The notes beneath the pieces are model-generated. The model had not been told where the DNA came from. It saw nothing but the letters and a program-made list of their open reading frames with translations, and made no database searches. The translations under genes and the position numbers were made by a program. A DNA stretch of 64,000 bases from an uncultured Planctomycetota bacterium. GTDB taxonomy: Bacteria; Planctomycetota; Planctomycetia; Isosphaerales; Isosphaeraceae. The stretch spans positions 448,001 to 512,000 of the forward strand of contig CAWGMQ010000007.1 of NCBI GenBank assembly GCA_963823665.1, in the 5' to 3' direction. Below, in pieces: positions 1 to 10,477 of the stretch; position 1 is the stretch's first letter, and each line of letters starts with the position of its first letter.

Positions 1-1551
1 CTTGAGGAACTGCTGAAGCTGGCGCGGGAGTCCTTCTGGGTTGGAGGAGATCGGCTGCGGATGATCCGGCTGCTGGGGCGGAATCCCGTGGACGCCGTTG
101 CAGACCGGCGAGTTGCGGAGGTTTTTGCGGCGAGTCACGCGCTTCGGCCAGTGGGCAATGCATTTGCCGAGCTGGAGAGCGATATGAGCGAGCTCGCAGC
201 CGAGAACCAGGAGAAGGATATCAGGGCGAGGTGGCGCGACCTTTCGCGCAAAGGTGAGCCGGAGAAGGCCAGGCAGAGCCTGATCGGCCTGGTGGAGGGC
301 GAGATCGAGCGGGTGTGGGCGATTGCGGAGCAATATGAAGAGAATGCGGGTGATGAACCTGCGCGGACCCGGAGGCGCAGGAGTTTCGTTCATAGCCGAG
401 AAGCCGATGCGATGCGGCGATGGTTCGTGCGCGCCAAGGGGTCGGTGGAGCGGGGGGGGAAGGTACTTCGGCAGGAGGTACGGGCGCGGAGGGCGGATAA
501 GGATGCGCAGGGATTGCCGCCGGTGCCTGGGAAAGATGTTAGCCCGTATGATGGGCGGCCGGCGTCTTGGTGGAGGGAGAGCGCGGGTGATCGGAAGGCG
601 GGACGGAGGGCGGAGGGCGGAGGACGGAGGACGGAGATCAGGGCGGAGGGCGGAGGACGGAGGGCGGAGGACGAGCGGGAGGCAGGACGGAGGGCGGAGG
701 ACCTGGGACGGGGTCAGGAAAGTCTCGTCCAAGGTCGGGAGGGTGATTGTGAGAGCGGCGGAGCATTCGCGGGTGGGTCTTCGGGCGCGGCAGTTGAAAT
801 TGGCCGTGAGACTCAGGTGGACGGTACACGGTGTGTGCCTGCGGCTTCGAATGCGAAGGGGCGCGGGTGGGAGTCGGTTGTGGTCGAGGAATCGGACGTT
901 CTCGCGTGTCAGGGGTTCCTTCCGGAGAGGTACATCGAGAATGTGGGTCAGAGCGAGCCTGGGCCTACGGTGGAGGACGCAGTGCCGAGTCGTTCTGGAA
1001 CGGTGAGTTCGGATCCTGGTGAAACCGGGACCTGCGGCACGGATCTGGACGCAGGAGGGGTTGGCGAAGTCGCCCGGGAGGAACTGGCGGAAACCGCTGA
1101 TCGGTGGTGCGATCAAGGGGTTCTCGTAGGCGGCGATGACGTACGAATCGCTGAAAAGGCGCCGAACGAAGCCAATTTTTGTGCTGACGTGTGCATAACA
1201 CAACATCAAGGGATTATTGAAGTTCCGACGAATTCTGGCGGTGTTTCGGGACTTGACGGTTGTCAAACGAAGCCAATTTTTTTGGAAACGAAGCCAATTC
1301 CGGCGAGTGGTTCGGAAGCGGGTAGAGCGGGCGGTTCGAAGGCGCCGGAAGCACGAACTCTGACGGAACGCGAGCGGTGGGACGCGTGGAGGGAGATCAG
1401 GCGGCGGGAGTGGATTCGGTCGCGCGCGGAGAAACAGGCGCGGGAGCGGGACCGCAGCGCGAGGTTGAATGGCGGGGCAGCGAACGCTGGGGCGGATCCG
1501 GGTGGGGCGGCGGGGGACGTGACGGGGTCACAGGATGTGCGGGGGCCCTGA
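1..1551 (+). CDS. Hypothetical low-complexity protein, 5'-partial (frame open from base 1)
   Basis: Frame 1 is open from the window start through ORF 61..1551. Contains R/G/E-rich repeats and APNEANF/TKPI motifs of a kind seen in planctomycete hypotheticals. Confidence 0.5.
   Translation, partial: LEELLKLARESFWVGGDRLRMIRLLGRNPVDAVADRRVAEVFAASHALRPVGNAFAELESDMSELAAENQEKDIRARWRDLSRKGEPEKARQSLIGLVEGEIERVWAIAEQYEENAGDEPARTRRRRSFVHSREADAMRRWFVRAKGSVERGGKVLRQEVRARRADKDAQGLPPVPGKDVSPYDGRPASWWRESAGDRKAGRRAEGGGRRTEIRAEGGGRRAEDEREAGRRAEDLGRGQESLVQGREGDCESGGAFAGGSSGAAVEIGRETQVDGTRCVPAASNAKGRGWESVVVEESDVLACQGFLPERYIENVGQSEPGPTVEDAVPSRSGTVSSDPGETGTCGTDLDAGGVGEVAREELAETADRWCDQGVLVGGDDVRIAEKAPNEANFCADVCITQHQGIIEVPTNSGGVSGLDGCQTKPIFLETKPIPASGSEAGRAGGSKAPEARTLTERERWDAWREIRRREWIRSRAEKQARERDRSARLNGGAANAGADPGGAAGDVTGSQDVRGP
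595..705 (+). repeat. Heptamer tandem repeat GGAGG(G/A)C
   Basis: ggacggagggcggagggcggaggacggaggacgg... The reverse-complement form recurs at about 35921-35960. Confidence 0.75.
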
Positions 1552-1618
1552 GGTGACGCGGGTGGTGTTGGGGATTATCGGCGCGGCGATCGGATCACTG
1601 GCGGGTGGCGCCGTTTTT

Positions 1619-1649
1619 CCCCCCTGGCCCCCTTCTAAAGGGGGGGGAA
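1619..1649. repeat. REP-like palindrome CCCCCCTGGCCCCC(CC)TTCTnAAGGGGGGGAA, copy 1
   Basis: Near-identical copies at 5107-5140 and 12995-13028; CCCCCTT/AAGGGGG hairpin. Confidence 0.8.
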
Positions 1650-1771
1650 GCTTGGATGGTCGCCGGACGGCTTTGTGGCGACGGCCGCCGGAGGGTGGGC
1701 ATGGAACTCCGCCCGGCCGCTTACCTCAAGGAAGGGAACTGGACGGTGCGGGACCGTATCTAATAAAGGAG

Positions 1772-1796
1772 CGGAGCGGTACCGCGCTCCGTTTTT
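1772..1796 (+). terminator. Possible intrinsic terminator
   Basis: CGGAGCG-gtaccg-CGCTCCG stem followed by TTTTT, between the first ORF and the cluster. Confidence 0.45.
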
Positions 1797-2033
1797 GATC
1801 CGTCCGGATTGTCAATCTTTTAATAAATTCGCTTGCACGACGTATTACCCATCGACTACAAGTGTCTTATTCCGATTCGACGGTTTGACTGCACGGTCGG
1901 TGCATGGATCGGCCCCGATCCGAGGGCATCGTCTCGCGGTGCCGAGAATGAATGAAAGCTGGTGGATCGCACGTTCCGTTCCGGCAGCCGCGCGTCCGGC
2001 TCCAGCCTGCTGAGATGAGGTCATCGAACCGTG

Positions 2034-4179
2034 ATGCGTGTGGCTGTTCTGGCTCTCATCGTGGTTGTCTTGTTCCCCGCGCTGGCATTTGCTCAGGCCA
2101 ACGACAAGGACCAGGACAAGGTCTCGAACGATCAACCCGATCGGCCGTTGCAGATGCCGCCGGCTACCACCGAGGTGAAGGAGGCGCTTGATGATTTCGA
2201 GCGCTTCAGCCGCCGCAATGCGTGGGAGCGGGCACTCAAGGCTCTTTACACGATCAGCCAGGACCAGTCGCAGCGGTTCATTGACGGCGAGAAGGGTTTC
2301 ATCATCCCGGTTGCGCGGAAGCGGCGGCTGGTCTTGAGTGCACTGCCGTCGGCTGGTCAGGCTGCGTATCGACTCTTCTACGACTCGGATGCTCGCAAGT
2401 TGTTCGACGAGGCCAAGGGACCGACCGAGCTGGCGACGCTCGAGCGGATTTATTCGGCCTATTTCAGCACGTCGATCGGCGACAATGCCGCGGACCGGCT
2501 GGGGGACCTCTATTTCGAGCTGGGGCGGTTCGATCGCGCAGCCGACTGCTGGCTCGACGTGCCTGCGCGGGCGAACGGATACCGATCTCTCCCCGGCCTT
2601 GCTTGCGGTCAAAGCGGCGCTGGCGCTTCATCAGGCTCACCGGCGGTCGGAATTCGAGCAGATTCGCACGGACGTGCGCGAGCGGTACTCAGGCGAGAAG
2701 GTTACGCTCGGCGGCCAGACGGCCGCTGCGCCGGCGCTGCTGGAGCGACTGCTCAAACAGGCCGCGCCCGCTGCGGAAGCGGGCGCCCCGTCGGCCGGGA
2801 CAGCCGAACCCGGTCTCGCTCTGGCCGACCAGGTTGAGCCGGTGTGGCAGATGCGGTTCGGAGACTCGGTTGAAGCGGGGATGACGCCGCCGGAGCTGAC
2901 TCAATGGGAAGGCAATGTGCTCTCGGCCGCGGTGCCGGCGGTGGCTGTCACCGACGGGTCGAAGCTATTTGCAAACTATCTTGGCTATCTGTTCGCGATC
3001 GATTTGAAGAGCGGCAAGCTGCTGTGGCGGTCGGCGGCGTTTCATCACGTCGAGATTCCGGCGATGCAGAACATGGGGCAGGGCATCGACGTCACCCGCT
3101 ACGCGATCCTCGCATCGGGCGAGCATGTCTGGAGCCTTTCGCGCGATATGAAGGACGGGAACTTTCAGGCGCCTTTTTCGCTCATGTGCTGCCGGTCGGA
3201 GAACGGGGAAGCCATCTGGCAGTCGAAGGACGTCTCCGACTATGCGGGGCTCGACCTGAACGGGCCGCCGATCCTGGCTGCCGGCAAGATCTTCATGCCG
3301 GCGAAGGGCCAGGGCAATCCTCAGCAAGGGCAGGGGGGGATGCAGCAGCTCGTGCTGGCGATTCAGCCCCACGACGGCAAGGTGATCTGGAAGTCGGAGG
3401 TGGGGTCACTGCGGGCAGATAACAACAATCGTTGGTGGGGGTGGGGCAACCGGGAGCCGGAAGCGCAGCCACGGCTGGTTTATAGCGCCGGATCGCTGTA
3501 CGTCGAGACCCATCAAGGGGTGTTTGCGCGGCTCGACGCCGACAGCGGAGCGCCCGACTGGGGATTCGCCTATCAGACGGACCCGGTGCAAGGGCAAATC
3601 CGCTTCTTCCGATTCTGGGGCGAACCCATGCAGCAGCAAGAAGCCACGCCGGAGGGAAGCCTGCCGCTCCTTTCCGGCGAGACATTTTTGCTGAAGGGGC
3701 TGCAATCGACGCGGCTCAATGCGCTGGACCCGAACCGGATGAAGGTGCTGTGGGAACGGCCTATTTCCAAAGGCTCGCGGTTGCTGGCGGCCGACGACAA
3801 GACCGTTTATCTTGGTGGTGCGGAGATCTCGGCCATCGACCTGCAAAGCCGGAACCTGCTGTGGGCGACGCGGGTGCCGGGCGGGTGTGCCACTGCCCGG
3901 GTGCTCGTGCGGAAGGATGCGATCTGGCAATCGACGCCGCGCGGGATAGTCGAGCTGGACCCCAGGACCGGCCAAGTGCGGCGGTTCTTCCGCGGCAAGG
4001 ACCTGGGCTCGGTGGGTGGCGACCTGATGCTTACCGGCCCGCTGCTTGTTTCCGTCTCCAATCGCACGATCACCGCTTATCCGCGGGGCGCGGGTGCTTC
4101 TCGGGACGTTCCGGCCCGCAACGCCGCTGCTGCATCCAACACCACCACGAGCAAAACCACGGGGGTCACGAATGAATAA
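2034..4179 (+). CDS. Secreted PQQ-like/BamB-type beta-propeller protein with N-terminal TPR-like region (frameshift near 2560)
   Basis: Signal peptide ending AFA-Q. Helical LGDLYFELGRF segment in ORF 2031..2837 continues in ORF 2338..4179 with AIDLKSGKLLW, HDGKVIWK and LDPRTGQV propeller motifs. Confidence 0.8.
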
Positions 4180-5020
4180 GCCACGAATTGCGGCCGTCGT
4201 TTTCGTCGTCGCGTGTCTGGGCGCGGTGTGCCCGGCGGAGGCCCAGTGGTTCAACCAGATGCCGACGTCTGCGCCGGCGGGGAACATCGAGGGCTTCACG
4301 GTCACCGGCCGCGCCTTTTCGGCGGCCAAGCCGAACGCCGTGGAGATCGACCTCGATGTGTCGGCGTCATCGGAGCTCACCGCGGACGCGATCGTGAAGT
4401 ACCGTGACGCCAAGAAGCGGGTGCACGACGCGTTCGGGGCGCTCAAGCTCAAGAACGTCACCATCGAGGAGCGGGGGCTGCTGGTCGATCAAAAGGGAAT
4501 GATGCAGAACCCGTATATGTGGGGAGGGATGCCCAACACCCGCACGAAAACTGAGGTCCAGCTCAGCCGGAAGCTGGTTGTGAAGGCGAGCGACATCCGC
4601 TCGATGCCGGAAGACGCGGTTTTGCAGCTCGTGGGCAAGCTGCTCGACGTGGCCCAGGATTCGGGCGGACGGATTGGCGGTCAAAACGACTTCAACCCCT
4701 ATTATTACAACCCCTGGCAGAACATGCAGCGAGGGTTGATTCGCTTTGTCCTCGAAGACGTTGACAAGCTGCAAGAGGAAGTCTACGACAAGGCGATCGC
4801 GGATGCCCGGATGCGGGCCGAACGGCTGGCGAAGCTTTCCAACGTCGAGCTGGGGCCGGTGACGGCGGTGCGGGAGATCATTGTGCCGAGCGACCGGTTC
4901 ATCACCAACGATGAAGAGATGCCGAAGCACCGCCTCGAAGTCGGCCGGTTTCAGGAGATTCCGATTCGCGTCGAACTGCAAGTCCGATTCGAGATTCACT
5001 CCAAGGGTGGCAAGAAATAA
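4172..5020 (+). CDS. SIMPL (DUF541) domain periplasmic protein
   Basis: Signal peptide; FTVTG..KP N-terminal motif; KAIADARMRAERLAKLSNVELGPV motif. ATG overlaps the upstream stop. Confidence 0.8.
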   Translation: MNKPRIAAVVFVVACLGAVCPAEAQWFNQMPTSAPAGNIEGFTVTGRAFSAAKPNAVEIDLDVSASSELTADAIVKYRDAKKRVHDAFGALKLKNVTIEERGLLVDQKGMMQNPYMWGGMPNTRTKTEVQLSRKLVVKASDIRSMPEDAVLQLVGKLLDVAQDSGGRIGGQNDFNPYYYNPWQNMQRGLIRFVLEDVDKLQEEVYDKAIADARMRAERLAKLSNVELGPVTAVREIIVPSDRFITNDEEMPKHRLEVGRFQEIPIRVELQVRFEIHSKGGKK

Positions 5021-5035
5021 GGAGTGCAAATCGAT

Positions 5036-6284
5036 ATGAGCGAGCACATTCGCGGATTCAACGAGCGGGAGATTTTGCGTAGCGTGGGCGACGGCGACGG
5101 AATGCACCCCCCCTGGCCCCCCCTTCTCAAGGGGGGGAAAGAGAGTGAGACCCTTCTCGACGGGGGGAATCCGTTGGACGCGGCTCGGCGGAAGTCTCGG
5201 CCTCTCGATATCTCGCGGCGGGTTTTTCTGGATCGTTCGACTCTAGCTGCCGCGGCGGCGCTGGCGGGGTTGGGGTCGCTGGCGGGGACTTCGATCAGCC
5301 GGGCGGCGCAGAAGGAGGTCTTGCCCAAGCACATCACGCCCGAGACGCTCAAGGCGGTGATCAAGGGGCTCGATTACCTTCAGCTCAAGCAGTCTGACGA
5401 TGGGTCGTGGGTCATGGGCGGGGGCGAAGGGTACCCCGTGGCCATGACGGCGCTTGCGGGTACGGCGATGCTTGCGCATGGAAATTCGCCCACGCGTGGA
5501 AAGTACGCCAGGAACGTGCAGGGGGCTGTCGAATACCTGGTGCGCTGCGCCACTCCGAATGGCCTTATTACCGGCTCGTCGCAAGACGGGGGCCAGCCGA
5601 TGCACGGGCATGGGTTCGCGCTCATGTTCCTGGCGTGCGTGTACGGCATGATCACAAAGGAATCGTTGCGGCAGAAGGTGCAAGCAGCGGTGCGGAAGGC
5701 CGTCACGCTGACGAGCCAGGGGCAGAGCCTGCACGGGGGCTGGACGTATATCCCCGGCGCCGGCGACGAAGGGTCGGTCACGGTCACACAGGTGCAGGCC
5801 CTCCGCGCGGCGCACAACGCGGGGTTTCTGGTTCCGAGGGCAACCATTGAAGAGGCGGTGAAATACCTGGAGCGATGCCGTACGCCGGAAGGCGGGATCC
5901 AGTATTCGCTGCTGGCCGCGACGGGGCCCAGGCTGCCGATCTCGGCCGCGGCGGTGGCGACGCTGTATAACGCAGGCCAGTTCGACAGCACCATTGCGAC
6001 GGATTGCCTGAAGTACGTCTGGGCCAAATTCAGCGCGACCGAGGGATGGGACAAGGGCGACGGCCACTCGTTCTACGCACACCTGTATGCGGCCCAGGGG
6101 TTTTACATGGCGGGCGACCAGTACTGGGACAAGTATTTCCCCGCGACCCGAGACCAGTTGCTCGCCATGCAACAGCCCGAGGGCTCGTGGAACGGCGACG
6201 GTGTCGGGGACGGTTTACGGGACGTCAATCGCGACCATCATCCTTCAGCTTCCGTACAAATATCTTCCGATCTTCCAGCGATAG
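5036..6284 (+). CDS. Tat-exported prenyltransferase/squalene-oxidase-repeat protein (frameshift near 6210)
   Basis: SRRVFL twin-arginine motif; QW-like repeats (QSDDGSW, QSLHGGW, QQPEGSW). C-terminus [22 protein letters not shown] lies in the frame of ORF 6087..6284. Confidence 0.8.
5107..5140. repeat. REP-like palindrome, copy 2, in-frame inside the CDS
   Basis: Translates as [11 protein letters not shown] within the predicted N-terminus. Confidence 0.8.
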
Positions 6285-6298
6285 CGAGGAACGCCATC

Positions 6299-7347
6299 TT
6301 GAAAGACAAATCCACCGACGACATCGACCTGGCCGAGCTGGACGAGCTGAACAAGGCTTATGCGGCCATTCGCGAGCAGATGTCGCGCCAGATCGTGGGC
6401 CAGAACGAAGTGCTCGATCAGCTCTTGATCGCCGTCTTCGCGCGCGGCCATTGCATCCTTGAAGGCGTGCCGGGCCTGGCCAAGACGCTGATGGTGCAAT
6501 CGCTTGCGCAGTCGCTGGCCCTGGACTTCAACCGGATCCAGTTCACGCCCGACCTGATGCCCAGCGACATCACCGGGACCGAAGTCCTTTATGAAGACCG
6601 CGCCAGCGGGGCACGGGAGCTGCGATTCGTGACGGGCCCGATCTTCGCCAATCTGATCCTGGCGGACGAGATCAACCGTACGCCGCCCAAGACCCAGGCC
6701 GCGCTACTGGAAGCCATGCAGGAGCGGCAGGTGACTGCGGGCGGGCACCGGCACGTGCTGCCGGACCCTTCTTCGTGCTGGCGACGCAGAACCCGATCGA
6801 GCAAGAGGGGACGTATCCTCTTCCGGAAGCGCAGCTCGACCGGTTCCTGTTCAAGATCTTCATCACTTATCCCACGCCCGAAGAAGAGCGGCGGATTTAC
6901 CGGCTTACGACGGGTGCTGAAGAGCACGCGATCACGCCGACACTGGACGGCCATCGAATCGCCGCATTGCAGAAGCTGGTGCGCCGGGTGCCGGTGACGG
7001 ATCATTGCATTGACTACGCGATGGATCTGGTGCGGGCCACGCGCGGGCCGGACCATGGCGGGCCCAAGTACATCGGCGACTGGGTGGCCTGGGGCGCGGG
7101 CCCACGGGCGGGCCAGGCGCTGATTCTGGCCGCCAAGGCGAAGGCGGCCTTGATGGGCAGGCCGAGCGTTTCCGTCGAGGACATCCAGTCGGTCGCCCCT
7201 CCGGTGTTACGGCACCGGATCGTGATCAATTACAACGCCCAGGCCGCCGGCGAGTCGAGCGACTCGATCGTGAAGAAGCTGCTCGCCGATGTACCGATCA
7301 GGAAAGGACCCGCCAGTGCCGCCGTCGCGGAAATATTCCGATCCTGA
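6299..7347 (+). CDS. moxR: MoxR-family AAA+ ATPase (frameshift near 6768)
   Basis: Walker [25 protein letters not shown], Walker [31 protein letters not shown] in ORF 6775..7347. TTG start after GAGGA. Confidence 0.92.
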
Positions 7348-8242
7348 TGCCATCGCGCAGATTTCGGACCTGGCGCTGCGGTCGCGCAGGCTGGTGGAAG
7401 GTGCGATCAGCGGACAGCATCGCAGCCCGTTCCACGGGTTCAACGTCGAGTTCGCCGAATACCGGGAATACACGCCCGGCGACGACTTGCGGCGGCTGGA
7501 CTGGCGCGTGTTCGCGCGATCGGACCGGCATTACATCAAGCAATACGAGGAAGAAAGCAACGTCCGCGTGACGTTCGTCGTCGACGCCAGCAACTCGATG
7601 AATTACCGCGGTCAGCCGCCGCTATCCAAGTTTGAATATGGCGCCACGCTGGTGGTCTCGCTGGCGATGATGCTGGTGCGGCAGCAGGACCCGGTCGGCT
7701 TCGTCCTCTTTGACGAGGCCGCCACGACGGTGCTTCCGCCGGCGGCGACCCTTTCGCAGATCATGGTCATGTGCGAACTGCTCGAAAAATGCAAGCCGGC
7801 GCGCAAGACGGAGCTGGGCGGTTTGCTCCGGTCACTCTGCGACCGGTTGCGGCGGCGGAACATGATCGTGATCGTGTCGGACCTCCTCACGGATCTGGAA
7901 TCGGTTTACGACGGGCTCAACCGGCTGCGGTTCCTGGGTCATGAAGTGCTGGTCATGCAGTTGCTCGACCGCGACGAGCTGGAGCTGCCGTTCGACGGCC
8001 CGACGATTTTTCACGATATCGAGGGAACGGAGGAGCTTTTCGCCGAGCCCTGGGCGTTTCGCAAGTCGTATCAAAAGGCGATGGCGGACTTTGTGACCAC
8101 GGTGGCGCGCGAGTGCGGGAACCGCGGCTATGACCACGTCAAGTTCCTCACCGACGAACCATTGGGCCGATCGCTGAGCTCCTTCCTGCACGCGCGGCAG
8201 GAATCGGGCCGGGCGGCCGTTCGACAAGGCTCACGATCCTGA
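7316..8242 (+). CDS. DUF58 domain protein
   Basis: GQHRSPFHGFNVEFAEYREYTPGDDLRRLDW signature; directly follows moxR. Confidence 0.92.
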   Translation: MPPSRKYSDPDAIAQISDLALRSRRLVEGAISGQHRSPFHGFNVEFAEYREYTPGDDLRRLDWRVFARSDRHYIKQYEEESNVRVTFVVDASNSMNYRGQPPLSKFEYGATLVVSLAMMLVRQQDPVGFVLFDEAATTVLPPAATLSQIMVMCELLEKCKPARKTELGGLLRSLCDRLRRRNMIVIVSDLLTDLESVYDGLNRLRFLGHEVLVMQLLDRDELELPFDGPTIFHDIEGTEELFAEPWAFRKSYQKAMADFVTTVARECGNRGYDHVKFLTDEPLGRSLSSFLHARQESGRAAVRQGSRS

Positions 8243-8275
8243 TTTGACAGTTCGCCAGGGCACGCGATTCTGAAC

Positions 8276-10438
8276 ATGCTTACATTTCTAGCCCCGTTGT
8301 TGATCTGGGGTACGCTCCTGGGAGCGATACCCATCATCATCCACCTGCTGAACCGCCGGAGGTTCCGCCGTGTGGACTGGGCTCCCATGCACTATCTGCG
8401 TCTGACGATCCAGCGCAACCGGCGGCGGATTCAATTCGAGCAGCTTCTGCTCCTGCTCTTGCGGATTGCGCTCATTGTGCTGTTATTCTTCTACCTTGCG
8501 CGTCCGCTACTGAACCCGACGGGGCTCGAGACGTGGCTGGGCTCCGGGGGCAGGACGAGCCAGGTGATCTTGATCGACGACTCGCTCAGCATGGGCTTTT
8601 CCGCGGGCGATGCGACGGCGTTCACGCGGGCCAAGGAGGCGGCGGGCTCACTGGTGGCGTCGATCCGGCCGCAGGACCGGTGCACGATTGTGACGACATC
8701 GGCGCCACGGGTCCCGGTGCTGCATGAGGTGGAAGGGACGCGTCGCGAAGAGCTGCTGGGGGCGGCCGGGGCGATTCCGCTTTCGGCCACGCACGCTGCG
8801 TGGCCGGCGGTGCTCGAAGGTCTGGACGAGGTGGTGCGCTCCTGCACGTATCCGACCAAGCAGCTCACGATCCTGACGGATCTGCGCAAAGCGGGCTGGG
8901 ACCGGAGTGTGACGTCGGTCGCGGGGCGATGGAAGCAGGACGGGCTGCGGGTGCGGATCGTCGACCTGGGGGACGACGAGACCGTGAACGTGTCGCTTCA
9001 GGCGCTGGTACCGCTCGATCGCACGATTCTTGCCGGCGCACCCAGTCGCTGGGAGGCTGTGATTCGCAACGACTCACCGCGGGTGATCTCCGGGGCCAAG
9101 GCGGTGCTGCGGGTCGATGACAAGCCGACGGAGCTGAAGCTGCCCGAGATTCCTCCGAGCGAAGTCACGCGGGTTCCGCTGGCGGTTCAGTTTCCGGGAT
9201 CGGGGCCGCACGAGTTTTCGCTGCAGCTTCCCGACGATGCCTTGCAAGGCGACAACCAGCAGTGGGCGGCGGTGCCGGTGAAGGACTCGCTGCTGATCCG
9301 GCTGGTCGACGGCGAGCCTTCGTCGGAGGCTTTTGGATCGGAAGTTGACTACCTGGCGGCGCCTTTGTCGATCGGCATCGGGGCGGCGGAGGCGTGGCGG
9401 GTCGAGACGGTTCTGGACCAGGATTTCCTGTCGCCGCGGCTGGAGACGCCGGACGTGCTGGTGCTGGCGAACGTGGCATCGGTCACGCCGGAGGAGGCCG
9501 AAAAGCTGAGTCAGATGACGAGCGCCGGGATGGGGCTGCTGATCTTCACGGGCGCGAAGCTCGACATCGGGCTTTACAACGACTTGCTCTTCCGCCAGAA
9601 CAACCGGGTGCTGCCGTGCCCGCTGAAGTCGCTCGCCGACGAGAATATTCACGGTGTTTTCATCGAGCCGCTGCATCCCTCGCCGCTGGAGAAGCTGCTG
9701 GATTTGAAGGCTTCTGCGCTCGAGCGGGTGACGCTCAAGCAGATCATGAGCGTGGAGGAGCCGGCGGAGGTGGGGCAGGTGCGGGTGCTGGCGCGGTGGA
9801 ACAACCCGGCGCGGTCACCGGCGGTGATCGAGCGAATCAAGGGGGAGGGCCGGGTGCTGTTGTGGACGACGACGGCCGATCGTGCGGGCAATGACTGGCC
9901 GATCGAGCCGAGCTTCGTGCTGGCGATCCGCGAAGCGGTGCGCGGGGCGGCGCGGCCGACTCCGCTGGACCACACGGTGACGGCGGGCGAGCGGATGAAG
10001 CGAGTGGTGCAGACGAGCCAGCAGCTTTCGAGTGTGCGGTTGACCTCGCCCGGCGGCGGCGAGCCCGAGGCGCTTCAGGCGGTGCCGAAAGCGGACGAGC
10101 CGGGCAGCAAGGAGGCGCCGTCGGTGGAGATCGTGGCTCCCGACACGCGAAGGGCGGGGATTTACCGGTTTTCGTGGGACGAGGGATCGGCGGGCACTCA
10201 GGGGGACATCTATGCCGCGAACCCCGACCCGCGGGAGAGTGCACTCGAGCGGATCGAGACGCGGGAGCTCCATACGTTCCTGTCGCCGCTCGAGCTCGAG
10301 ATTATTCGAGCCCGGAACAACGAGGGGAACCTGTTCTCGCCTACCGGACGAGAGATGTGGCGCGATCTGGCGATCGCGCTGGCCGTGCTTCTTGTTTTCG
10401 AGTCGTTATTCGCGACCTGGGTTGGCCGTTCGCGTTAA
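8276..10438 (+). CDS. BatA-like N-terminal domain plus vWA membrane protein
   Basis: PIIIHLLNRRR..W.PM BatA motif; IDDSLSM MIDAS; C-terminal MWRDL TM segment. Confidence 0.85.
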   Translation: MLTFLAPLLIWGTLLGAIPIIIHLLNRRRFRRVDWAPMHYLRLTIQRNRRRIQFEQLLLLLLRIALIVLLFFYLARPLLNPTGLETWLGSGGRTSQVILIDDSLSMGFSAGDATAFTRAKEAAGSLVASIRPQDRCTIVTTSAPRVPVLHEVEGTRREELLGAAGAIPLSATHAAWPAVLEGLDEVVRSCTYPTKQLTILTDLRKAGWDRSVTSVAGRWKQDGLRVRIVDLGDDETVNVSLQALVPLDRTILAGAPSRWEAVIRNDSPRVISGAKAVLRVDDKPTELKLPEIPPSEVTRVPLAVQFPGSGPHEFSLQLPDDALQGDNQQWAAVPVKDSLLIRLVDGEPSSEAFGSEVDYLAAPLSIGIGAAEAWRVETVLDQDFLSPRLETPDVLVLANVASVTPEEAEKLSQMTSAGMGLLIFTGAKLDIGLYNDLLFRQNNRVLPCPLKSLADENIHGVFIEPLHPSPLEKLLDLKASALERVTLKQIMSVEEPAEVGQVRVLARWNNPARSPAVIERIKGEGRVLLWTTTADRAGNDWPIEPSFVLAIREAVRGAARPTPLDHTVTAGERMKRVVQTSQQLSSVRLTSPGGGEPEALQAVPKADEPGSKEAPSVEIVAPDTRRAGIYRFSWDEGSAGTQGDIYAANPDPRESALERIETRELHTFLSPLELEIIRARNNEGNLFSPTGREMWRDLAIALAVLLVFESLFATWVGRSR

Positions 10439-10477
10439 ACACAGCTTCTCGTGTTAATCACAGCTTGACGTTCACTT

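Noticed and set aside
5024..6997. Apparent prenyltransferase-MoxR fusion protein
   Set aside because: Produced by a frameshift near 6210; the real C-terminus ends at 6284 and moxR has its own RBS and start.
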